Below, piece after piece: positions 35,380 to 48,300 of a stretch of DNA of 64,000 nt. Both the position numbers and the translations under genes were made by a program. The stretch covers positions 86,010 through 150,009 of the forward strand of contig DF237145.1 of assembly GCA_000708835.1 (NCBI GenBank), given 5' to 3'. The DNA is from Klebsormidium nitens (Eukaryota > Plantae > Klebsormidiophyceae). Numbering within the stretch: position 1 is the first letter of the stretch; each line of letters opens with the position of its first letter. Below the pieces are notes generated by a model that did not search any database, had not been told where the DNA came from, and saw nothing but the letters and a program-made list of their open reading frames with translations.

Positions 35380-36808
35380 CTGGAGTCTCGCCCGGCGGAA
35401 TGACCCAACCACTCCATCTGTAATGCTACGACCCGCAATGATCAGCTACAATACGTACCAGATTGAGCTGGGTTCAGAGCCGACCACAATAGAATCCGGA
35501 AACTATCAGGATGAATTTGTTTGATCGACTTCTTCTGCTTGATTAGATGCGCTGAGCTTCGAAGGGTGTGCTTTGCTTTTCCAATTGTGCTACAGTAGAT
35601 TCGGCGGCTGCCGAAGCCTACGGCTAGGCTAACCTTAGGTTTGCAGCTTGGAGGCAAATAATTAGGAGCTGATAAAGTGTCTTCCTTATAGCGCTTGATG
35701 AACCTAGAGCACTTGATTGACTGTGGCACCTCATTGTGACTGCAAGGGGACACGTCGCGTAACTTAGAGTTGTGTTCCACGTAAAGAGAGCTTACTGCTT
35801 GAATTTGCTCGCTAGTGGCGGCTTGAATTCAGCAGCTTAGCGCATTTGCTCTTACGTTGATAAGACATAGAAGGTTTGGATAAGTTGCTGATCGGGCAGA
35901 AAAATTCTCAGTCATGTATAATAAAAACGGTTGACGGACACCGGACGTTCCACTTTGGTATGGCCGCCGAACACTTGTGATGCTGTTAGTTATGGTTTGC
36001 CTGCTTCTTACTTTCGTGCAAATCGCTCCGACGATCACGTGGATCCCCATTTGCAGAATATTATGCGATCCGATCCGCACTGGCAAAGGATTAGCTCTAG
36101 ACAACACCGTAGTGCCATTCAGTGCTGTCAGACACACAAGGCTCTTGGCCTATCCTCATGATGATGAGGAAGTGGAACTAGGAACATTCTATCTGCCAGG
36201 GTCTGCACATGTCACTTTCATCTAATGACAGGGGATATGGAACCTGTCCTTTCCGGGATTGGCTGCGCGTTTCTATGCATATACTCTTACTTATATTGAC
36301 CTGGACCACATTGATGGGCTACGTAAGGAAGATTGAGTAACTCAAATCGAATTTGCTCTGAAGATCCTCAATTGTGCACTGCGTGTGATGCAACTGCGCA
36401 ATGATTGTCATCACATCGGCCTGAAGAAGCTCACGAAGACGTGCCATTGAGCTGAACACTTCACGTAGTCATAGTCGTGGCTGCCATACCATGCGTGCCG
36501 TGCAGAATGCTCTATATCCTGACTCTCAGCTGCAGTGCATGCAAGATAAGCGCAGTGATCAAATTGCTAGCGTCTGCCATCATCTCAGAATGTGCTAACG
36601 CGTGATCTTTCTTAGTCTCATACGACCTACTCGGGTGCAATACACCTTCATTTTCTATCAGGCTTAGCACATCAAATATCAACGTTCAAGTGAGCTTGCC
36701 TGCAACGATTTCCCCTATCCTCAGTGCGTGCGACTACGTGATCAGAACATCTCCAGTTGGCCTATCCCTATGCTATAAGCAAGATGTGAAGCTTCCCTCG
36801 TCTGATAT

Positions 36809-39800
36809 CTAGAAAACAGAGGCAAATGTGCCAGCTGCGGCTAAAACAACCATGGTTACAACAGCAGGGAAGGTGTGGCTAGCGCCGGCCTTCTTCGGGG
36901 GGGGAGGAGGGGTCAGGACGGAGGGTGGGGGCGGGGGAGAGCGAGGGGTGCTGGGCATTGGGGGAGGGCTCTTTCCGAAGGTGCTGTTACCCGAGAACGG
37001 GTTGTCGTCTGGGGTGTCAGAGTCGGGGCACGAATCTAGGTTCTCGCAGCTGAATGAGTTGCCATCGTACCTGCGTCCGGGAAGGGGGCGCTTTTTAACA
37101 CTCGGATCTAACCACATCGGTTCAGAGCCTAGCATGCATCAAGAAGTCAATTGGACAGGGGTGCGGAATCTGACAAACAGAGGAAGTCTGCTTGGCTTTT
37201 TGCAGTAATTGACGATGGTGCAGGCACTCACCAGAAGAAGAAGTCATCCGCATGCTCAACGGCGTGATCGATCAAACAGCTCGAGATGTTGCCTGCAGGA
37301 AGGAGGAAATAGTTGCAGAAAAGCTACTTTCGAGGCAGTCTGTATTTAGCACCTTCGGATCTTCTCAAGGACACGCTGGAAACAATAGAACATTGAAAAC
37401 TCTCGCCGATACTCGCCTGCTCATGAACGGGACAACGAGCGTATAATAATTCAAGATTCTGTCTACCCTTCAGGTCCCCACCTGCCTCGATGGGGTTTTG
37501 AAGTAGCTAGAAAGCTGGTCTCGGCTGACAAGAATCCTTTTCAAGATCCAATGAGAAAACGAGTTACGTACCAGCAAGCTGATTGTTGGAGATGTCGAGC
37601 GCGATCAGGGTGTCCAGGAGATTGCACAGGGCAGCGGGCACAGCCCCAGTGAATTTGTTGTAACCCAAGCCGCTGAAAGAGAATAGTAGACTGCTTAGTC
37701 ACAAAAGCGATGGCAAGATGGCGGTGGAGCTTGCGGTCGATTGAAAAATATAAGCTGCGCACATCGCGTGGCAGCCTGCAAGAAATTCGGCACCAGACGT
37801 TGAAAACTTGCAAAAGCCTTGAGAACCAGCCTAGCGCAAAGATAGTGCCTCAAGCCGCAAACCACTCTTTTGATCAGATTGCAGGCATAACCATCGTTTT
37901 TATCCCTGAGTGTTTTACTCCCGAAGAGCATGATGTTTTTAGATGGTGCAAGGAGGTCGGATTACTGACAGCAGTTGGATGGAAGTCCAGTTGCCAAGCG
38001 CGTCGGGCAGCGTCCCCGTCAGCTCGTTGTTCTCGAGGTTGAGGAAGGTCAGTTCGAGGGTGGTCAGGCACAAAGGGAAGGGACCCGTGAACGCGTTGTC
38101 GGAGAAGTCTCTGCACCAAGGTTGATTCAACTCTTTCACTCATCCAAGTTTGGACGTGCGAGAAGTTGGTTTATGTGTCTCATTCGACGGAATTTGCGCA
38201 AGGTACTCCAGTGCTCAATCATTGGGCTGCTGAATGCTTCCGACGGCGACAGGTGGCGTCCCTGCACCTGACGTATCTTTTCTGTCGGGGCTCATCTCCA
38301 TGATTTTTCGCTACAAGTTTTGTAAACTCGGGTCTCAGAGATGAGTCCCATGCCTCTGCTTACGATCCCTCTCTTTCAAGATTCACCGAAGCCATAGGTT
38401 CGCGCACGCTGCGCTGAAACGAAAGTGAAGTCCGCAAGGGAAGTCTAAGACTCTGGAGACAGTAAGGCAGAAGTTGTCAAGGAAGAGCTTTGTACGAGTG
38501 AATGATATACTTACAGCTGCGCCAGCGTCGTTGAGCCGTTGCAATTTGTGGGTAGCGGCCCCTCTAGCTTGTTGGTGTGCACGGTCCTGCAATGAATGGT
38601 TGACATGAGGTCAGGTTTTTACATCGTACATTTTCCTTTCTTGATTCTTAGATGCTGTGTCTGTTCAGTTACAGTGGCGGACATGCCTTGCACCTTGAAA
38701 ATCACGTCTTACCCTTTCCCTCGACGACTGATAAGGCCTAGAACTCACATCTTGTGGGCGTCTTTGGTTCGAACCATCCAACATAGTGTCCCGTTCTGAT
38801 CATTCCAATCACAAGAGTTCTAGCAGGGTTGTATGTCCTTGTCGTTCTAGGCAGGTACTCAAGAATGCTGGTCAACTCACACAGACTTCAGTGCAGGTGC
38901 TTGGAAGATTGCCAGGGGAAGAGAGCCGGTGAAACCATTCTCGGAGAGGTATAGGTCCTCGAGGCTCGTCATGTTCTTGATCCACTCCGGGATAGGGCCG
39001 GAGAAGTCGTTCACTTGCACAAACCTGCAGCAGTTGCGGAAGAAGTTTGCTGAGAGCCCTGGTCTCTTTGATAAGGCAAGCAGATCAAAAGAAGCGACCT
39101 CAAGATTGAGATTGGGTTTGCTGTATCCAAGTGTTATCACGGACTTTTACAATCAAAGATAAAATGAGGAGAAGCGGAGGCATCCTAATGGTGGTTCAAC
39201 TTTTTGAAAGCAATAGCGGTAATCCTAATCACCCACGTAAGATTAGATGTGTTAGATTCAAAAGCTTCAGCCAATTCGTCATACTGCTGCGTCATTGCAT
39301 TGCGAAGTATTCCGGCCTGATCAGATTAGCCGCCGCTGCTCTGATCTCTTTTCCGAATATTGGATTACAGAACTTTGTTGGGTTCCAGTGCTTAGCATAT
39401 AAAGATAGGTTGCTTACATCTGTTCGAGTTTCTTGAGCTTGGCGAGGGAGTCGGGCAGCGCGCCGGTGAATCTGTTGCCGGAGATGTCGAAGAACTCCAG
39501 ATTGGATAGCTGGCCGAGTTGGGCCGGGAGCACTCCACCGAGCTTGTTGTTGGACAGGTCCAGATACTGGAGCGTGGTGAGGTTTCCCAATGTTGCGGGA
39601 ATGCCGATCGGGTTGGTCGTGTTCAGGTTGCCGAACTCGTCGGTCGCTCCCAAGGAGTTGCCGTTCAGGTCGAGGCGGACGATGTTGGTGAACTTGCTGA
39701 AGTCGGGAATGGCGCCGTAAAGCAGGTTGTTCTGCATTTGACTGGGAAAGGAGAGCAAATGTTACTCCCAATTCATCTCTTCGGGATGCTTGCAATGCCA

Positions 39801-42800
39801 CCGTGATTGAAAGGGGTTTCACAGCAAATTGATGCAGGTGACTTGCAGTAGCCAAAGTCCGCAACGCTAGCGAAACAATGCAGGGTTGCGCGGCCTTACA
39901 GTGCAGCAAGTCTCATTCTTGAAGCCGATGAATGGAATCTGAAGGCTCCCTTCAAGCTGTGGATGTCTGTAGTAGCTACCCATGACTTACTTGGAAATGC
40001 AGCGAATCTTTTCCACAAAGCTTTGTTATCCTGGGAAGGAGATCGGCCGTTCGAAGGTGAGCAGAGGTGAAGTCAAACAGGAGCACATGAGGGCACTTGG
40101 AAAAAGCGAACGTTCGTGCGAACTCACAGCTTGTTCATCTTGGGACCCAGGTTCGCGATGGACTGGGGGATGGGGCCGCTCAGCTGGTTCAGTTGAAGCT
40201 CGCTGCAGAGAGAGAGATTGATGAAGTTCGGTCAGAAGTGGGTTCCGGCCTCGACAGGCTCGCAGAGGCATTCTCTCACAGAGCTCATGAACTGACTCGT
40301 TCAAGGTGCGCTTCACTCAGAAACGAGTGGGTACGTTGAGGAGTCTGCAGTACAAGGAATATATACTCGTGTGAAGCAAACCAAGGGCAGCTTCCTCAGT
40401 CAGGTTGCTCACAGGACCTCGATCGGCAGAGATTGTGATATACAAGAGTGGCACTTGGGTCATAAGCGCCATTCGCTCCTCCTCGCTTGATCGCACTGCA
40501 GGGTCTGAGGAAATACGAAAACCACCAGGCCAAGTAAGAAGCGTGGATTGCTAGGAATGATGACTCACATGTCAGTGAGCGCGGCCATGTTGCCAATTTC
40601 GGGGGGAATGGCGCCGGTCAGCCGGTTGGTCTGGACCCAGCTGCGTCAGACAAGGCAGGCACGGTGATTCAGGAAAACAATAACGTGAAGAGGCGACTCG
40701 TTGATTCCACAGACTGCTGTGCCACGAAGCTGATCCAACTGGTGGCAGAACAGGAAAGGATCAAAGGGAAGTGTCCAGAGACCCAGAAAAGCCTCTTCGA
40801 TTCTTGATAGAACAATCCACAAATCGTACAAATCGTTCAGAGTCTCGTGTGGAACGGGTGTTCCGCTACTCACAAGATGGAGAGCTTAGGCATGGTCGTA
40901 ATCTCGACGGGGATGGATCCACTTAGAGCGTTGTTGTTGAGGTTCAGCGTGTTCAGGTTCTTCAGATTTGCCAGCTCGACAGGAATGTTTCCCTGAAGCT
41001 CGTTGTCCCAGATCTTCCTGCGCTCGCAACGTAGAAAGATCACCGTCAGCCTACGGAAAATAACGAACCAAAGAGGAACATGCAACACCTGGCTGAAGGT
41101 AAACGTGGCTTCAATGAGGAGATAACGTGGCGAGTGCTTCTCGGGAAAAGCATTGCTGTATTCATAATGCTTTGGGACATGCAGGCGGGAACCTCACAAA
41201 GTCTGCAGATTTGTTAGGCTCCCGAGCTGAGGCGGGATGTTGCCACTCCAGTCGTTGGTCGAAAGGTCCCTGAATATAAAGAGAGAAGGGATTCTTGTCA
41301 GCATCTTCAAAAGGTAGATTCATTGCACCTTAAACCCTTCCCAGAAATTATACGCTTTCACACAGGCATCACCAATTGGCAAGCTGAAATGAAAGAGCTC
41401 CGAAGAATCCAATGCAGGATCATTTGCATTTTTGGAGGATTAGTAGTTTTGCTGAGAAACTTACAGCTGCACCAGGCTAGACTTCAAAGCAGCAAGCTTG
41501 GGATTGATGCACCAGGTCTCCCCTCCATGGCCGGGGTACGCGATGAGGTCAGCCGACGTGGGAGTCGCACAGGTCGTCAAGCCGTTCCCATTCAGGTCAC
41601 TGTCTCCCAGCTTGTTGTTGTCCAACAACCTGCAACCAAGCAGTAGACTCGCTTTTAGGAGCGAAACAAGCACTTACTTTTATCATCCCTTTACATACGT
41701 ATTTTTCCAAACGTTCTAGTACATATCCTGCAAGCGGAAGAAGACGATTGGAATGCGTAAAGAGCAGAGGCTGGGACTTACAGACTCTGAAGCTTCGGGA
41801 TCTGCGTGATGGAGTCTGGCACTCCTCCGTAGAGCTTGCAGAAGGACATGGACCTGCAACGCCGTTCGAGCCGTCAGCTATGGAAGTATGTGTTTGCCAG
41901 TGTCTTGATCCCCTTTTTGCATTTTCCAATGCAAAAGCCCAACTGATAAGATGTCAATAAGACGTATCAAAGACGATGGATACGTGTCTAGCCTTGCTGA
42001 TATCCAAGAAGCTTCAACCTTAAAACAGACAACGGGAATTTGAGCCCACTCACAAGTCGGTCAGAGCGGTGAAAGTGCCGTCCAACCAGGAAGGTATCGT
42101 TGAGGCGAGAGGGTTGTTGTTCAAGGTCCTGCAGATGGTTCACGACGGTCATTGATTAGGCAGTACAACTCCATGTCCTGCATTCTGTTCTCAAATCGAT
42201 CCGCTTTGAAGTTTCGTGCCACTTTGCACGTCAGAAAGGAGTATTTATCCCATGCATGCAAGGAAAATGAGAAGCTCGAAGCCGTCAGCGGAGACTAGAA
42301 TCAAGAACGGGGGGGCTTACAGGACTTTGAGCTTCTTCAGAGCCTTCAGCTCTTGAGCGACGCCACTGAACTGGTTGTTGGCCACGTTAAGCTCCGTCAG
42401 AGTGGCTGACAAGGAAGCCAAAGACTTCGGCACAGTGCCGCTGAAAGCATTGATGTCCAAAGCCCTGCAAAGAAGACCAACGACATGTAAACAGCCGGGC
42501 AGCTAAGTGAAAGAAAACAGGCTTCTATGTGGTGCAGTCCTGCAAGAAACTCTGAAGCTAAGATACTCTGTTATGCTGTTGATGTCGTTTCACACCCATC
42601 CTCAAACGAAAGGCCATATTGTCGATCACAGGACGTCCTCAGGAATGATATCGCTACCCATGCTAAGACTGTGAAGAAAAAAAGACATTGCTAAGTCCGA
42701 AGGCTTACAGGCTCTGCAGCTTGACGAGGCCGCTGAAGTCGTAGCTGGTCAGGTCTCCACCGAACTTGTTATTGCTGAGTCCCCTGAAAGATCACCGAGT

Positions 42801-44339
42801 CTCATGTCAGCACTCATCGCTTGAATCGTATTGCCACCTTGCCAGCAGACTTGCTGCTAGGCAGCTGCATGTAAATCCTTCCGCTCATCAAGGTAAGAAA
42901 AAGTTGCTTGCTGTGCTATTTCTTGAATTTGCTTCTGTTTTAACATGCAACGGTTCGCAATATCTGTACCATATGTTCACTGAGCAGCTTATCAACCATG
43001 CAGTTCTGATGCAGTTTCCGCGTTGGCTACTGGCCATACCAATACACTTTCAAGGATCACCTCTTCATGAGTATAGATCTGAAAGTCCTGAAGAAGCAGG
43101 TATTGCAGCAGAGAATGCTTACAGCGTCACGAGATTTGTCAGAGAGGCTACAGCAGCTGGCAATGTAGCCGAAATACCACGCCCGTTCAGGTTCCTGCAA
43201 GGAAGAGAGCACAGTGTAAGAGCAACGGTGAAATATGCGCACTGAAGCTCTGTCCTCAAAGGTGTCGCAATCACCGCAGCCATATCAGAATGAAATATCA
43301 TCTGGAAGCAGACATGCAAGACAGGCCATGCATCACGGTCTTTTAAGCATATCTAAGATAGTGATACTTACAGACTTGTGACGACCTTGTAGTTGCTCAT
43401 GAGTTGGCTGTCCTTTGCCACAGGCAACGAAAGGGTGGCTGCGCACACTAAATATTGCCATTGATTGTTGCACGGGTCGCCAATCCCCCAGGTGGCAAAT
43501 GCTCCATTGTCATTGTTTCCAATGGCCTGCTTTATGCTCATGAGAGCAGATACTGCAATCCGAAAAGGCCAGAGATGCAGTCAATCATGGTGAGAGCAAG
43601 TCCTTTTTTCAAACAACCTGGTCCATTCCTCTCTTGACTCTGATCTTAATACTCCAGATGCATATTTGCTAAACGATGGAAGCGATTGCAAAAACATCCT
43701 GCGGCTGTTGGCTTTGCTTGCCAGTGAAACTTTGTCCTATCGATGGCCTTTCTGCTGAAGTTACTACTGATCAAGGCCTCTTCCTTCACAGATCCAGATG
43801 CTAGATTCAAAAGTTGAGTTATGTATATCTGTTGAAGAGTCAAAAGTAAACAGGACGTACGCTACTTCAAGGGCCTTTCCAGAACTGACAAGCTGTCTTT
43901 CCATTGCAGTATTGCAGTTGGCTCGCTTGTTAGGATTTTCCTACGTGCTGAAAAGACATTGTGAGCCTTTATAGAATCAGATCTAGGGTCAGGTGCACCT
44001 AACACGTTCCCTCCATCTGCACACCTTGGATAAGCTCACCTAGACCTGAACCCTTTGAACGAATTTTTCATAAATCTGAGATGAGATGCAGAAAGGATTC
44101 CACAAAACCCACGAGGTTGATCATTCCACTGTGATCAATGGGGTCTCTAAGTCTAAGCACGATGTGACCTTCTTCAGTGCATCTATGGAGAGCACGAAGA
44201 ACTTTTCGTACAAGTGCATGCATACAATTCATTTCAAAGCCTCCTCACCATCATCGGGGTACGTTAGAACCTGCGCATGTGCTGCCCCAAACAACGCCAC
44301 AATGCCAAGCAGCATGAGAACGCTGCTTGTTTGCGCCAT
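36809..44339 (-). CDS. Extracellular LRR receptor-like protein with signal peptide, LRRNT, many plant-type LRRs, Pro-rich stalk and C-terminal hydrophobic (GPI/TM) tail
   Basis: Signal peptide MAQTSSVLMLLGIVALFGAAHA (ATG 44339) and LRRNT (SALMSIKQAIG...W...DPC...W). Many ~72 or 144 nt exons encode LxLxxNxLxGxIPxxLxxL. The last exon has SPPPPP repeats and VVTMVVLAAAGTFASVF*, with no cytoplasmic kinase. Confidence 0.9.
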
Positions 44340-45386
44340 CTTCGCCTCTTGGCGAACGTCCTAAGATGTATGCAATGCTATTTGCAACGTCGATTCAGCA
44401 AGTGACCAAGCGCAATGCCGTCCTCTCCAAGAAGATAGACGCCTCCGGTGAAGCTGTCACCTGGCGACCGTGGAAAATGCTGGCAATGCTGCTGCAAATT
44501 CTACTCAATTTGGCTGCGCTTCTGCCCAAGCTGGCTGCTGCTTGCTGCTGTACGAAACCAGACTGAAGGCTTCACAAAATGGTGAATGCTAGAGTGGCTC
44601 TAAGAGAACTTGATTCAATCCCAAGCTGCCAAGCATTTCTTACGTGATTGCCGATGTCATGATCCAATCTGCAGTTTGTTCGACTCAATCACTGATCCGC
44701 AATGCATATGGATGAGCGGTCAACGTTTTAAACGTTGGATGAACGCGTCTGGTCCTTTCACCGCCGTTCCAAAGTCAAGTCAAGTCGAATTGCCTAGTAC
44801 AGGAGTAGTACAGCTACCCTAGTACAGGAGTCTGAAGCAAGATACAGCAGAGCAAGGTACTGAAAATATGCACTGTGACCATTTTTTGTGAAGCTGGAGC
44901 CTCGCATCCTGTGCCGACGGTACATAACACTGTATCTAGGTATACTTACGTAGGTACCCGGTACTGCGGGGGGCTTTGTATCTAGGTACTTGAAAGGAAG
45001 CGTACACGAGGGCGTCAAGTTTACAACCGTCTTCTAATTCAAGGAAGAGCGCGATACAAAACTGAGTCCCGAGAAATGTGCCGCGCTACATGCGGGATCT
45101 GCCAGATTCCAGGAATGATCGCCGACGCCAAACAGCCATCGGACGGCTTTAGTAAGGCTATAAAGGGTGCTCTGAAGCATCCTACGGCTGCAGAAAAGTA
45201 GGGTAAGACTACATGCCTGGTATTCTTGCAGTCGTGGACCCACACAAGCATAAACTCGGAGCTGCTCGCCTTTCCTGCAATGTATCCTAGGTACCTATTC
45301 CATTGTGCATGGTTTGCAGCTTCTGCAACGCAGAGAGGAACGGTGGTTGCTGAAAAATCGGCTGACAAGCATTGAAAGGCGTCACC

Positions 45387-48300
45387 ATGGCGTTGTCTCT
45401 CAGCTCGCCGCCCTCCGCAAGCTCCCCTCTGCTGGGTTCTCTTCAATCTGTCCGCAATTCTAACGCATGCCCAAACGAAACATGCACTCATCTGAGGAGA
45501 GCTTGCTTTTCGCGGCGAATGGTGTCCCAGCAACCACTCACCGCACTCCCAAGCTTCCTCACTGGTAGCACCAATCGGACTTTTGCGGCCAATCCTCGGA
45601 AGCTGAGGAGGCATGCATTAACTTCTAGTTGGCGCAAGCATGCGAACCCGGGTGCTTTGTCTGTGAGAGCTTCTATTGCAGACGCGCCGCCAGACAAGAA
45701 AGACAGAGCAAAGCCTGCGCAAGTCAGGTCGCCGCTGTTAGATGCTGACGTTCCGGAGTACGTCAAAGAAGCAGGTGAGCGTTGGATTGATGCAAGGAAA
45801 TGGGTTTGCATCAGAACTCTGCTGCGGGGTGGTGTGGGTAGCTGCATTAGTGACATCTTTGCTCTCACCTTCAGAACTTAAAATGAGCCTTGTCCATTGA
45901 AATCTCAAGTTTTGTTCGGGAGTTGTGGTTTTGCAATCAGTCATGCTGCATCAAGGGAAGGATTGAGCAACTACTCAAGAACATTGCTTCTTCATTGTGA
46001 TCCACTCTAGAGAGAGTCAGGCTCAAACCATAAACCCTTGGGATGAACCCCGTTCCAGCTTGCAATCATTGCTACTTTACGTCTCCAGTTTTCGGGAAAA
46101 CTCGGAGAAAGCAGCTCCGGAAGAGATCGGAGAAAGCAGCTCTGGGAGAGCCTTGTTGAGATCACATGTTCCCATATACGTGTGTGTTCCTTACAGAGTC
46201 ATTCTTGGAGAAATACCATGTTCAGAAGTACTAGATTCTCTCTTGCAGTGTCCTTGTTGGAGGATGTCAGGTTCAGAGATGTGAATATCCTCTTGCAGTG
46301 CGGACTCAGCCTTGGAAGGGAGTCCTCGAACCCAGCACAGAGCGCAGTTTCACTGTGGACTCTAGCCATGTGAAGGGGAGAATACCGGATGATCTCCGGG
46401 GGACATACTACAGATTGGGTCCGGGGAACACGCGCATGGGGGAGAGGAAACAGGGGCACTGGTTCGATGGAGATGGGATGGTGAGCTCGCGCAATGCTTA
46501 AGACATTTGAACAGCGAGGTGGTGTAATGCCTGGAAAGGCTACCTGGGAAAGTCTACCTTTCCAGACTTTACGTCAAGTGTGGTTGGGATGACTGTAACA
46601 AAAGGCTCAGGGGCACTGATAGTGACGAGGACGGAGTGTCAGGAAAGTGATCATTGCTGGAAGCGCCACCCTCGAGAATGCGTAACTTAGCAAAATGGAG
46701 CACTGGAAGACTGGCTTCTGATTTTCAGCGTCACATTCTCGACACGACAGAAACAGCACGAGGGGAATTGCCGTTGCCAGTGATACTGGAACAGCAGTCA
46801 CTGTGACTTCCGTACGCTGAAATTCCTTGTTGAACCAATGGGTCTTACTCTTAACAATTGTCGAGCAACGGATGCAGTTACTTGGCAGCCCAGTAGACTA
46901 GGTTGTGTGTCATCAAACTTCAAAGGCTGAGCCCCTTTGGGTCGTTCCTTGCAAAAACGCGTGTTAATTCTTGACCGTTTGTCGTTGCCCCAAACCTCAT
47001 ACTAAAGTCAGAAACGTCGACGGCAGTTCCACTCTTCCTCAGATCCGACCGGTTTCGTTAGCATCTCTTCCACACTTCTGACTGGATCCAAGCGTAGGCA
47101 ACAAACAGCCACAAGATATGCATAGCGTATCCACCATCAGCACTGTCCGCGAATGGCATACATTCCCGAAAAATCCCCGAAATCCCCGTTTCCCCTGTTC
47201 AGATTTACGCCTTCAGTTTGGACGGCTTTAACGAGAGCGTCACGTTCCGATCGCGTTGGATCGACACCCCGCGCATTCGGCAGCGCCTGGCCGCCCCAGA
47301 AAACAAGGTCGCCGGGAAGGGCGTTTGGACGCCCGCGGACGGCGGGCCCTTCGCAAACGTCGGAAGTATGGAGAACCCCAGCAACACGGCGTGAGTATGA
47401 TTTTAGGCCGTGGTTATATTTTGGATCGAGCTGAAGATTGAAAATGATAAGCCGGGATAACCATAACGAAACCGCTCTTGGACGGACAGGGTTACTTTTG
47501 CTGGTTAGGGTCGGTAGGGGTGCGGAGCAGGTATGACTTTCAGTTGGGCTTCTTAGGGTTGGGCTTTTTGATGTCAATCGGAGCCTATCGTGATCTTGAC
47601 TTATCCTTATCTTTCTTGGACTTTCATACATCCTGGTTTTTCTGGCTCATCTGAACATGGTGAACCCAAGGCGTCTTAGGAAATGCGAGACAGAAGCAAA
47701 CCTCAAACTCGAATTCTGCGAATGCTAGACGAAAGCAAGCCTTAAACCTCCATTTGGTAATGCGATAAAGAAGCAAAGCCTCAGACTCGCATCTTGGAAT
47801 TGCAAGAGGAACGAGAGTCTGAAACCCTCGGCTCGAGAACTTGAAAGTAAAGGTAAGCCGCGAACCTGAGCCTGATCTGAACTCAAGAGAAGAGACTTGA
47901 ACGCAAAATCCCCCGTTCCGCAGGCCGAACTATTTCAACGGGCAGCTTCTGGCGCTGGCCGAGGGTGGGCCGCCCCGGGAGGTCAACCCGGGCACTCTCG
48001 ACACTGTAGGAAAAGAGCTGTCGTATGTTGGGGATCTCGCCTTCTCCGCGCATCCCAAAATCGATCTGGATACTGGAAGTGAGCACGAGCTTTCCTAGAA
48101 TTTTTAGCACGTTTGTGTCTATGCTGAGGTTTGGGATCTGGTCTCATTCGAAGTCGGTTCAAAGAAGGTCCGTCGGATGAGGGTCTCGTTTTGAACGCAT
48201 GCACAGCCTGCTTGAAGTCTGACAAAAAAATTCCACTCTTGTTAGCGCACGGTCGTCGTCAGTCCGCTGTCGATCTTGTATGTGACCTTGAATTGAGAAG

